Positions 39,941-52,300 of a DNA stretch of 64,000 bases are shown one piece after another (the stretch's first letter is position 1; each line of letters begins with the position of its first letter). The stretch comes from Balanoglossus misakiensis. Its lineage: Eukaryota > Animalia > Hemichordata. A model generated the notes under the pieces. That model made no database searches. It was given only the letters and a program-made list of their open reading frames with translations, and was not told where the DNA came from. Location: contig CM082598.2 of NCBI GenBank assembly GCA_040954595.2, positions 620,001 to 684,000 on the forward strand, written 5' to 3'. The position numbers were made by a program, and so were the translations under genes.

Positions 39941-42463
39941 TCATGAGGCAGCATTGTGAAGTAACTGTTTAACAGCCATTTTATATTGTTCTAAATTTTC
40001 GACGCTTTCTTCATTATTTTGAAGGTTCTCCACTGCATCTCTGTAATTCTGAATTTCTTTTGTCTTCACGATTTCTTCTTTGGCCTCAGCAGTCTGAAGA
40101 CTCTCAGGCTGAAAACAAATGACAGTAAAGTTTCATTAAAATTATAAAAACAATAGTTTGAATTTTCAATACCCATCACTGGGGGCGCTATTTTACAAAC
40201 CACCTCCTCTGAGAGTTTTCACTACCTACCACTAGGGGCGCTTTTCATAACTAAATCCCGTACGATTTTTCAGTGTCTGCCTCTAAGGAGCGCTATTTCG
40301 TAACATTTTGATTGTGGTTTCAGTGAGTTAAGTTGCCTACATTGATCTGACCAATAGAAAGTCTTCTTACCTTTTCCTTCATCAGCTGTAGTAGTTGTAA
40401 CATTGATTTTTCTGATTTGCTGTCTTCCCAGATGTACTCCTCCATATCTTCATCAGCCTTGTCTGCTTCCCATGCTTCTGTTTTCTGTTTTGAAATTCAA
40501 AAATTGTTCAGATATGAGATGAATCTTAATAGCTGAAGGACACTGTCTTACATTGAAATAGTTCAATCACCTGATACAAATTAATGGAACAAAATCTTAA
40601 TAGCAACTAAGAGAAGAGTACATACCCAGGATTCATGGTATAATACAGTCAATAAATACATCGCGTAATCAAAATTCTGTTTCCTTGTTGGACATCTGCA
40701 AAAAAGAAAAAGAGCATTCAGTTTTATACATTTATTTACTCATTTATTTATACATTTTATATTCTCTCATCAAGCCAAGTAATATTCAAGCTCTGTACAA
40801 ACCTGTCTGTGACTATTGTCAGTGTGTCTGATTCTGGATCATATCGTTCACCAACCAGTTTGATTAGTTTTCTCCTCGCATGCAGATCTAATTCTAGACT
40901 AGATAACTTCACCTGCAAGACAGTAAATAAAGTATACAATATGAATACAAAATGGAAATCTGCTCAGAAGAAACAGTTGTACATGTATAAAACAAAGCTA
41001 TATATTTCTTGATGTCAAAGATCACATCTGACTACCTACCCTAAATTTTACAACCCTTGCTTTGGGATGCCGTAGTGATGGTCCAGAGAATATATAGTCT
41101 GTTGTCTCCACTTCCAGAGGAAAATGTTGCTCTAATTTCTCATCACAGTCCAGCTCTTCTGGCCACTCAGTGCAAAATGCTAAATAGAAAGCAGAAACAG
41201 TGAGTGTATGTTACAAATATTGATCAAACATATTCATTACACATAACACTGATTTCATTAAGTTCTTGTGTCATGCTTACAATTTGAACCTGTCAGTTCT
41301 TAACATCAACAGGTTGAGATAACCACATTATTGCCAAAGAATAGGGTGGTAGGCCTATGTACTCAGAATGGGGGTGAAAGAATGGAAAGAGTGCTTACCT
41401 TTGAGAGTTGCACAGTGTTTCTTGACGGCTGGTGGCGTCAGATGCAAGAAATTTGGAATCTGGGAAATATAAAGGGGACAAGAAATATTATATCTGACAG
41501 CTGTTTTGTAACTTTTGGACCAAACCATGGTGTTAAAAGTTTAATGCAAGTATGCCATACCTTCATGAGTTCAGTGTTGCCTATCTTAGATGGCTGTACA
41601 CCACGTTTGACAGGATATCCCATTCGTATGGGTAACGGTACTGTGGATGGTTTAAATGTGGTTGCGGTGGGCCACACAGACATCCAGTCCTGGTCTTCTT
41701 TCATCTTTAAATGTCTGGGAGGATTCACCTGAAAGAGACAAACAAATTTAGCACCACCCAATGTCACTATGTATAAATTAAGTACAGTATTACAAACACA
41801 TGCACACACAGAGCAAACATTTCTCCCTGACCTGTTTCCTCTGGGCTCTTCTCTTCATTTCTGCCTGTATTCTCGTCTTCCTGATGTTAATTTGAGGTGA
41901 TAAATCTGTTGGCAGAAACACATCATTCAGATGTAAGCTTTGTCTGTTTCCCATTCCCTGTATATTTATTGTGTGTCACAAATTCAGTTGATGGACTGAG
42001 CCAGGTAACGAGATTCAGTTGCATATGAACTGACTTTGTGTGGTTGGTGGATTGGGAACTTTTCGTGTTCCTGGCCTGATCATGGAACCACCCACTGGCC
42101 TTGCTTTCTAGTGGATATCCGTAGCCCCACTCCCTTGACTGTGTACCCAGTATAGGGAGTAGCCTGGCAACGGATCCGCAGCACTTAGATGCCCTGATCG
42201 CTCGATCGTATCTTGAGTGACATGTCCCAATCGACAATCTGACATCGACATTATGATGAGGTAAACAAACGTACATCATCATGTGCATGATGTCGATGAT
42301 CATGATGCGCAGTGTAAAGCAATCAACACTCACCAGGTACATCGACACCAGGCAGACTTGAGGATAACGTCGAATAGCAAGATACTATTCTCTTAATGCC
42401 AAGAACCGGTGTTATATTGGTGGTTCTGCCGCTGGCACTGTGCAACACTCTGTAAGCCGCCAT
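39941..42463 (-). CDS. MRPS35: Mitochondrial small ribosomal subunit protein mS35, ~344 aa
   Basis: Exons 42463-42334, 41905-41832, 41728-41561 ([27 protein letters not shown]), 41459-41399 ([16 protein letters not shown]), 41179-41040, 40912-40803, 40695-40626 ([24 protein letters not shown]), 40484-40371, 40108-39941. 1035 nt, in frame, with a basic N-terminal presequence. Confidence 0.95.
40163..40304 (+). repeat. Degenerate ~52-bp tandem repeat (3 copies), each with a CTCF-like core
   Basis: CACTGGGGGCGCTA (40177), CACTAGGGGCGCTT (40230), CTCTAAGGAGCGCTA (40281). Confidence 0.55.
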
Positions 42464-42655
42464 TTTGTTACATGTTTGCTTGTTGGTATTGTTGTCCTCC
42501 ACTGCAGTCCACACAAAAGCATAAGCTGAAGCTGACGCTGAGGGCGAGATTTAAAGCCGCCATTTTGTTGCGACTGCGCTTGCTTGTTTGTATTTTTTTC
42601 CTCCACTGCAGTCCACAAGCAGAAGCAGAAGTGGACGCTGAGGGCGAAATTTAAA
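42454..42655 (-). repeat. 100-bp tandem duplication spanning the MRPS35 start codon and proximal promoter (two YY1-type AAAATGGCGGC motifs)
   Basis: aagccgccattttgtt...ctccactgcagtccaca...gacgctgagggcga(g/a)atttaaa is repeated at a 100-bp offset. Confidence 0.9.
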
Positions 42656-45600
42656 ACAACCGTTGTCTCTCTATGTGGACGGTACTATAAGAAATGCTGA
42701 AGTTACTGCAAGTGCAAGCACACTCACAAATAAATGATCGCTGGTAATGATACCTTGGTTATCATTTTGGATGGAGAAATAGAAAAAAAAGTGGAAAATC
42801 AATCCAAATGCTTCCCTTTTTGCTAAAACTCTCTGTAGAAACTGCGTGAATGTTTCTCATCTGTGGCAAACATTAACAGAACAAAGAACTATGTATTCAT
42901 GAAAGAAAAGAATTTTATACCGATTATTGGTCTGTCGCAAGAAATATAGAAAACTTAACCCGTATCTTTTCATCTCAGAATAACCGCGACAACAAAGAAG
43001 TTCTTTGTCTGTTCTCTTTGTGTGAGAAACCCTCAGTAATAATTATAGTCGCGTCGTGAAATTTGAACGAACAAAGAACGGAACCAAAACGACATTCTCT
43101 GTTAGTAATCACCCTTTCAGTGGGGGCGTGGTTTTCTTTTGAAATTTTGTAACAGATGGTCAAGTATTAAAATTTTATGTGCACAATTTTAGGGTGTGGA
43201 TTTCGTGGGGGTGTGGTTTGATTGCTTGTAAAATGGGAGGAGCTTCCATTTGTTAGTAATTAGAGGCACGTGGGCTCGTTACCATGACAATGACGCGTTC
43301 GCGTGCCAGTCTACAATTTCACGCCTGCGAACAAACAATGGAGTTCGTTAAAATCTTTATTTGCACACTGGGTGTAATGAAAACGCAGAAATGTTCACCG
43401 TATTATTAATGTGTTTGAGTTTTGACCTTTTGTCCGCTGGTGGTAACCCCGATGGGAAAACCGACACATGTCTTGACTGTTAAATCCCCCCAAATTTTAA
43501 TGATCAAACGATCGCAGGAATTGAGATACTATCAAAATCCAGCGGCCGTATTTTACCAGAAATAGTTATGAATATATAAAATATGCAAGGCATTTCGGAG
43601 AACATTTCCCCAAGTATTAATAATTTCTAATTTACGAGATGGTACAGTTTAAACGAAAGCTTTGCGTGAGTTTCTATTTCCCATCGCTGAATCTCATTAT
43701 CACCATGTTATCACATATTTGTGACTCAAATTTCGTTCTTCTCATGCCTTTGTTGATTGCGCTTACAACTTGGCGGGAAATTCATGACGGGAAAATCAAT
43801 GTCATTTATTGCTTTGTCCAGGAATACAAGGTGAGACCGCCAGTGAAGAAAATATAATGAAAAAAGCCAAAATCGATTGACGGGCGTATGGTCACTCGCG
43901 TGGCATGACGGTCTATTGTTCCAGCGAGCACATATGAACAATACCTGTCGATATGTGCGGGTTGGAGTCCGTCCGTTGCATTATGTGCCGGTCTCCCCTT
44001 CAATCTTTTGTTCAAATACATGTTGTCGATTTGTCCGAATGTCACTGGCACTGAACAGGTGGCAGTTTCATTTATTATTTATAAAACCCGCGAAAATTTT
44101 CCCTATTTACTTGCTGGTTTTATTTTCTCTACCTCTGCCGAAAAAATGAAAACCTTACTTCTGATATTATGAAATGGACTCTGTCACGCTGGTTTTCATA
44201 TAATATTTTTTCTTCCTGTTCTGAAATTGTCCGAGTATATATTTTAACATAAAATAATTCTCTCCCTTGCTCTCGTAGTCTCTGTCTCTGTCTGTTCCCG
44301 CGATATTCGAGTACATGTCTGCACGTGTTCGGAGGTTATCGACTTCATTCCCACCTGTTCAGAGTTGTTTGGTTTCTGGTGGTATCCCGTTGTCCCGGGA
44401 AATGAGCGTTCAAACAGAGAATGTCGCCATGTGTTCACATCCATCTTTGCCTCTAGCAAAAAAGGACAGTTATCTTCAAAATAGATGCGTAGAATTTCCT
44501 TTTTCGTCAAGAACATCAGAGAGTATGTAACAATCTATACTGTTCACAACATTAGGCGGTCTTTGTGAGGTGGACAAAAGCGCCCCGGGTCAAGTCTGAA
44601 AAGTCTGACTTTTCCATTCATTGAGTGGGCAAAAGTAGACCATAGGTCTCTTTGTGTTTGACTCTTCGTCTAAATGAAAGTTACAGTGTGAAAACAAACT
44701 TTGCTAAATGGTTAAGAGCCTAGGGAGAGGGGGGGGGATGGGTAGACATACGTACACATGCACAAAGGGAGTTATACACAATTAAAGTTCAATACGAGTG
44801 AAAATTGATCAGTTATCTTAAAGATTATGATTTTTTACTCAAAATGACAGCCAGTCTGTCAGTCAGTCAGTCACAGAAATCAAAGGTATTGGTCACTGAG
44901 AAGCACTATGACCTTGGACAACCATTGATGATAGTGTTTAGTGCGTCTCTGTAATTAATGCATCTATCTAATTACCCGATCTACTGTTTATTCCTGAGTG
45001 GTTACTTTTAGGTTGTTAAATATAAACGTTTGTTCAATTAGATCCCTGTGGTTTGTTAAGCTGTGCTTTCACATTGATGTATACTGTTGCTGCAGACAGA
45101 AATCAAAATATTTAAAATCTTGTCACTTCCACGACTGAATATTATGATATGTCGTTGTCTTGTGGTATTTGCCCCAGTCTACAGACATTGAGTTACAATA
45201 GGAATGCCGAGACGAGCCAGCAGTCCTGGCGGTGTGACGTTTGAACTACCAAATTAAGCCAGTATATATGGTCTAGTCATTATGATCATGCGTTAAGAAA
45301 CATACAGCAAGCAAAATAAATCACAAAGGTATTACCAATAACGTGGTTAAAATATTCAGTTGTTGTATTGAAGAAAAATGGTTATATAAATTGCTTTCTT
45401 TTGTCTGATGAATCGAACACATGAAACGATTTCTTGAGAAACGTTTGTTGACTTTTAATTTCACCATGACAATATAGGAGTTGCCTTGAGGAGACATTAC
45501 TTTAATTCGTTTGAACAACAGCTTGGATGAAGTAAGTAATTTAGTCTTAAAATTGGTTTGTGGTGCCACCTGTCATTTGAAAGCCAATTCTTTTGGTTCA

Positions 45601-48076
45601 GTGATCTGCTAAACATACTGAGTTCTTTGAGGTTTCAAGTTTGCGCATTCTTTCCATGCGACATAAGTGTTACATTGGATAAGGAATTGGCCAAAACCCA
45701 GCGACATGTTGGCTTTATCAAGTATCAACGCGACGACGCACTGTTTGGTCGACGCGACCTTCGTTGTTTGATTTGCGGTGAGGATTAATTTTGTCGGTGA
45801 CCAAACACACGCGTTTCGGCGTGTGCCGTGAAAGCTTTGTTCCCGCTAAACAAACACGTCTTAATCTCTTTCTTTGACAATTTCAATTAAATATTACTTA
45901 ATCTTTTCTTAAAATTTGTCGGCAGGTTTAATTCATGTGGGTCATTATACGGCACCGCGAAGGACATTAATTGCGTCAGACGCCAGAAATTAGACAAAGA
46001 CGAACGCGTAAGTTTAACGTCTCTCGACGTGTTGGCATGACAACGCAATGCGCCCGTACTCCTGTACTGAAATGTGATCTCCTACAAAGAACGCGTTGTT
46101 CATTTCTAAAGAAACGTTATCAACACATAAAAGGGAACAGCTTGTCGTATTTAGAAAGAGTCTGTCCTATTAAACAGTCGCCGTTTTAATATTTTCCTGT
46201 TTTCTCAACGTTGAACATCTTGAAGTCGAAACTGGAAAGTCAACTGCGTGTGAAAACTTGTTTTTGATACCAAAAGTAATTCCTTGTGCCTATACTGCGG
46301 AGGAAATGTAAACACGGTTTAGCAAACGATACATGAATCAAATATGTTGGCATGACAACAAAGAAATGAACGTTATGTGTTAAAATTAAATGATGTTCTT
46401 GAAACAGCGGAATTTCGTCGGCTTCTTCAAAGCTAGTTTATTGGATTTTGGCATTAGTGTTGGTAATACAAAACAGTTAGACAGTTCGATGAGATGATCG
46501 TTTCTAACATCTGCCAAGATCTTGATTGCAAGACAAAAGGCCACACCAGTTATCCGGATTAGAGGGTGTCAGAAATCTTTTAGTCAGGCTTCATTGTCTG
46601 AATATCGAGGTTGCCCGTTTTGAAACAGCTGGTATTTATCTGGCCAACCAGACTAGCCATGAAAACCGATATCCCCAAGAATTGGTATATGGAGTGAGTG
46701 GGCCTATACTTTTCACTGGCGTGAAATTACCTCGGGAAGAGATGAAATGGACAAATTGATCGCGTCTTTTGTTCGTTTCATACACGTATTTGTCCGGCGT
46801 GCCCTTGGTATGAGAATCAGGTTATGCCCATTAAAGTATTAACGTAATTACAGGTACACTGGTTGCTTGGGCTCAATGCAGGTATTCTGTGAGTTTATCC
46901 CCAGATCCTCAAATCACATGAATGGAACACTACATACGGTGTCTCTCAAACAAGTTGCCTGTCTGTCACCAATGGCCATTCCCCTTGTCTTGCGTTGAAG
47001 TTCTTTTTGTTGCTGTTGTTGTTGTTGTTGTTATTGTTGAGGTTCTTGTACATGCTGTTCTCCCGATCAAAATTGTACACAGTATCCCCCCTCCCCAATT
47101 TTACTCTCCCTGTCAGTAAAATCAATCTGAAATTGCCTTGAGCAAAATCTGAGAAAAGGTTTAAGAAGAAGTTGAAATGCTAGCTATGGTAGCATTACTT
47201 GTCCTACCAGACTGAAAGAGTACGAGTATGTGTGTAAATCTACAAGGCTAAACATCAACGGACAATAACAGAGAAAAGTCTGCTGTATATTTACAAGGAA
47301 GGTTGGAAGATCTCGGAGGAAAACTTCTAAGCGTCTCTTAAAATTTATCGGCGGAAGGACCAGAATTTCTTAGTCCCCAGCTGCAGACTAGGAGAAGGCA
47401 AACGCGAACAATTATAGTTGGTGATGCGGTCCCAACGGGCAAGGGACATTTAACAACAGGAGGGTCTCATCAAAATTGACCTTCAGCGATCCCGTGTTCA
47501 AAATAACCAGAATAAAATCAAGATGGCTGAGGTTTTGTGGTCAAGTTGGGAATTTTGAAATCGGTATAAAGAGTAGACGCCTATTGGCATTAATGCCTGG
47601 CCATGAAGCATCAGATACGATTGACAGAGTATTCTAACAGTCAAATGTTGGACCGGCGACTCTGGCAACAAAAGATTCACTGAGGGGCATTATTTGATAC
47701 GCCTTTCTCTGAATTTAGCATCCAATCGCGGAATCTTTTAAGTGAAAGAGAAAATGGCGTCTGAAAAATGGACACGTCACCGCTAAACTAACATCAAATA
47801 GTGAACACACCGACCGCAAAGTAAGCTTTCTTTTGTCATCCTGTTTTTACTGCTTGCAGTAATGTCGTACATTGAGACATAAACTTTAGTATTCGGACAA
47901 TTTTATTTTACTGTTTTGTCACTAATTGGGCAGGTTTTTTTTCTAATCCATTAAATACAAGGACATGTGCTCAATGTAATTATTTTATTGGCGAGCCATC
48001 ACGTCTCCAGCATGTGTTAAATTTTCGGCGGTTCAGTCCAGGCTGACAGAGTTGACCTTATCAAACTGACATATAT

Positions 48077-48078
<2 letters not shown>

Positions 48079-48108
<30 letters not shown>

Positions 48109-48290
48109 CATACATACATACATACATACATACATACATACATACATACATACATACATACATACATACATACATACATACATACATACATACATACATA
48201 CATACATACATACATACATACATACATACATACATACATACATACATACATACATACATACATACATACATACATACATACATACATACA
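48079..48290. repeat. (ACAT)n tetranucleotide microsatellite, ~53 units
   Basis: Directly visible; followed by (ACAG)n. Confidence 0.98.
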
Positions 48291-49220
48291 CACAGACAGA
48301 CAGACACAGTGTGACGCTCGATCATATCTAACTTTTTACCTCCTTCCTGACAACTCCATTAATGAGATTTTTTAAAAATATAAAATTATCACGAACTGCG
48401 CATGAGCAAAGAATTCTTGCTATGCTTGGCATTCTTGACAGGAATGTGTTTTTAGAATTTTAGAGGTCTCCTACTGTGCCCCCAGCGATGAAACTAATCT
48501 CCGAGAAAGGACGAATAAATAGCCACCAATTCGCAGACTATTTTTGACACCCCAAAACGACACCACCGGGTCAAACAACATCTTCATAGCTTTGATCTTT
48601 AACCTACTGTCGAAGGGGCTGTCTCTCAACCATCAGTGAATATAAATGTTGATATGTCACTAGGAGATGATATTTAGCGTTTGTTTCTTGGGGAAATCAG
48701 TTTATATGCTTTATAGGTAGGGACAACGAGAAAGTGGTTGGCGATGTAACTTTATAGCACTTCACGCAATTTGTATTAACTTGGAACTTGACATATCTGT
48801 GATATAAGATAAACTGAAACAACCGCCCTCTTTATGTCGGTTTGTGCGAACACCTCTTCTACACATGTCTGAATGCACTCCCTCAGTATTCGTCTGTTAA
48901 TACATTATCGACATTTCTGTTTTATTATCCCGTAACAAACAACCATCGCACCTGTCCAAGGTTACCGGTTTAACGGCTCTATGGCATGCAAAACTTCCCC
49001 TTTCCGCTAAACGACAACTCAGAATGAGGAACGTAAAATGGAATGAGATGTGACGTCAAGAAATAGGCCAGACGAACCGAAAAACATAAACGTAGAATTC
49101 AGCAAACAGTAGAAGGAACCCACTCTTCGTCTGTGGCCTCAAGGTTCCAGCTTTCAAAGTCATATTTTTAGTCGATCCCATGATAATTTCTCATTATCAA
49201 TTGTCGTAATTTATCTCTCT

Positions 49221-49300
49221 GACATCATCAAGGTTCTTAGATAGGAATTTATACGTGGCCGATATCATCAAGGTTCTTAGATAGGAACTTATACACGTGG
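49221..49300. repeat. 40-bp tandem duplication
   Basis: ga(c/t)atcatcaaggttcttagataggaa(t/c)ttatac occurs twice. Confidence 0.9.
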
Positions 49301-52300
49301 ACGAGGTTCTTACCAAAAATCGTTGTTCTTACGTTTTTCTGCCTTAAAAGTGTGTGAGTTATTCTCGTGGATTTGCGGCGACGGTTCAATGACAATTGTT
49401 TTCTGCATGAGATTTTTAATTTTGGAAATCTGATCGCTGGCACTGTATACATCAGACTTGCATCATATTTTATTGGTTAAGCTTGGAATTTGACTCTGAA
49501 AATATTCCAAAACTTCCTGTTATGCGTCATCCTCCATATTACTTGTTTACTTTATGTGATAGACATATCGTTATGATGAAAATAGCTGTTGCGATAAGGT
49601 ATAATATTTTGTGCAAATGTGGAAGTGTAAGGCCAATTTGAACGAAGTTGCCGTGTCTGCGACGCAGCGTTCGACTATTGGCCGTCGTCCGCCTTTGCGG
49701 GATCGCCGGCCGCTGAACTGGGATAGGACCAGCTGTTATAAGTTAGAATGTAACGACGCACCACTGCACCAATTATGGAGTGTTGGCCGCAAATTGAGCC
49801 CAGCACACGCGACCAAGGCGAGTTGGGCCCGCCTACCACTCAGGGCCTTAGATGACAGCGACTAAACACTGAGCAAACATTTAATAGAACAGTAATGTAC
49901 ACAGTGTTGAAACATTATTGATGTTAGACTCAATGAAATCAACATCATTAAAGCGAAAACCGAGTCTGCACAACGCGATACTACGTTACCTTGTCTTCCC
50001 TTCATGACAACAAACTTTTAAAACTGCCGAGTGATTGGCCCGGCGTTTTGGAATTCTGTCTGGCTCATTCAACTCCCCCCTCTCCTTAAAAATCGCCCTC
50101 TCACGAAAGTTCCCAGTCTGAAAACCTCTTCTTAATGTACACAATCAAGAAAGGCCTGAAAATATTGTCTATTTGCCGTTTAAATCCCCGCATAAGGTCA
50201 ACAGGTTTGATTACCATGGTTGCGAGCGTATGGAAATACTATCATTGAACGCGCCCCAGACCCAACAAAGGTCGACTGTATACGCGTGCCTATACACCCA
50301 GTTGCCCATATCGTATGACCAACGCTACTATTAAGCGGACCTCTCCAGCAATTCTTATAAATCTTGGGCTTTAAAGTTCGATATCTAAATTCCATTTCAT
50401 GAGTTATGTCTGGATTTGCTACTTTAATCAACCATTCCATATCTAAACGTGTGCCACTAATATTCCTTTTGCTGGCCACAATGATCATGATTCACGTCAG
50501 CCAAACAGCATATAGAAAACACCGCTATAAAACACTGACTTTTTCGAATTTTAGAGTTAATATATTTCAATGGTGTTTTCTCAAGCATGACAAGTGCGGG
50601 CCATATGTGTTCAGACATGGATCTGTTTTTCTCGACTATCGACCGCCGTATTTGCCCTCACGTTCGCGATAAATAGCACACATGCGACAACACTCCAATG
50701 ATTTGCCCCAGCAGATTAAAATTCATGGGAAGTACAACAGCTGTATAACGGAAACATCACGCCAGAAATGTTTGCCCTTGTTTGCGCTGGTGGAGATCAA
50801 GCGGGTTGGATGCGTTGGTCGTCTTGACAACCACTCATGGCTATCAGGGCCTATCCGTACACTGATATGATTTTCGTGTAATGAAGCCTGGCCACTCTCC
50901 CAGTCACACGTAACTGAACATATTTTTGTGATAGATTTACTGCGATCAGAGCGTGCCCAGACATGTTTGATCATAAGATAAACCGCGCCGTGCTGTTGAC
51001 CAAAATGAGAGCAAAATTCCATATGGTGGCAAAACTTCACGTGCAGGAATATCTTGAACTGTTGACCACAATGAAAGTAGGCCTAATGGGCAAATTCCAT
51101 CAGCCTGACGTTGGTTTGCTTTTTAAAAGACACTTGGGGAAATACATCTTAACTTAAATTGGCAGCGATGAAATATATTATACCAGAACAGTTCTCATCT
51201 GATCGTCACGTGATCGTTGTTAATATCAGCACAATTTTATTTGTATATGTCAGTTTTCATCGACCAACAGGGCTGTGGTCGGAATTTAGTCCCGATAGAA
51301 GTTAGAGAGTCAGTCTGGATTTAAAAAAGAAATCCCACAATATCCAGGGTCTGGTGTCGATTTCAGATATGAAATATGTCAATTTCAAGTTTCAAGTGCA
51401 AGACGGCGCCGCTTGTTTTGGAGTGGTTTCCATCATTGATTACTGTACGTCAAAGTCGAGACTCAAAACAGTTTTATTCTTGAAACCGCTAAACATATAC
51501 AGATTACAACGTCTCAAGCTGAATGTTAGCATTTTTCTCTTCTTCGAAAGCCTCCTTCAGAAGTTTGTCCTGCACGTGACGGGCAAAGTGTCTCACATTT
51601 TTCAGATGCCACCGATTTGAGAGACAGCTTTTGCGTTCGGTCTAATTAAGTCTAGTAATCGCGATTTATTTTTCCAGCCACGAAAACACGCGAAATTCGA
51701 TATCGACATAAAGTTATATTTGTTTTCTGATCATTTAATGTTCGTTTAGTCACACCGTCGGACGAGTCATTACAAAGAGTTCATAAAATTTTATCGAGAT
51801 CTTCGGCGGTGAAGTCTCACTCGTGTGAACCCCTACATCAAGACTTGTACATCTCATTTAGAAATAAATAAATAAACCGCAAGTGATCTATATGTTCGAT
51901 GTAGTTTAAATTTTATGGCTTTTTGTTAATAAAAAGAAATTCTCACCGTCTACGTTATATTTGATACCAGTCAATATGATACGGTTCAATTTGCCAACTT
52001 GGGGATTTTATCACCCTTGGTCACGTGACAGGCCTACAATAATGGCCCTTTCCCATCACGCTGTTCATTTTGACTAAAAGTTCGTCATTCAAGTTTCTTG
52101 AAAGCGAAAATGTCATGGTCCAGTCGTGATGACCTCCAGACAAGACACTGTGAAAACACGGATATTCTCTCAATTGGCCGGGGGGACATTACATCTGTCC
52201 ATCTCCTCTCCTTGTCATGATATTTCAGCTCTGTTTGATTTGACGGCTACCACAGCTGCATTACAACCACAGATTGTAGAAATCCCAGGGCTGTAGTGCA

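Noticed and set aside
48017-48325. (MYVC)n ORFs in three frames
   Set aside because: Artefact of the (ACAT)n microsatellite.
50729-50827. Peptide LYNGNITPEMFALVCAGG resembling a trypsin segment
   Set aside because: No GDSGGP or other protease motifs nearby, no convincing splice sites, and an immediate stop; probably chance.
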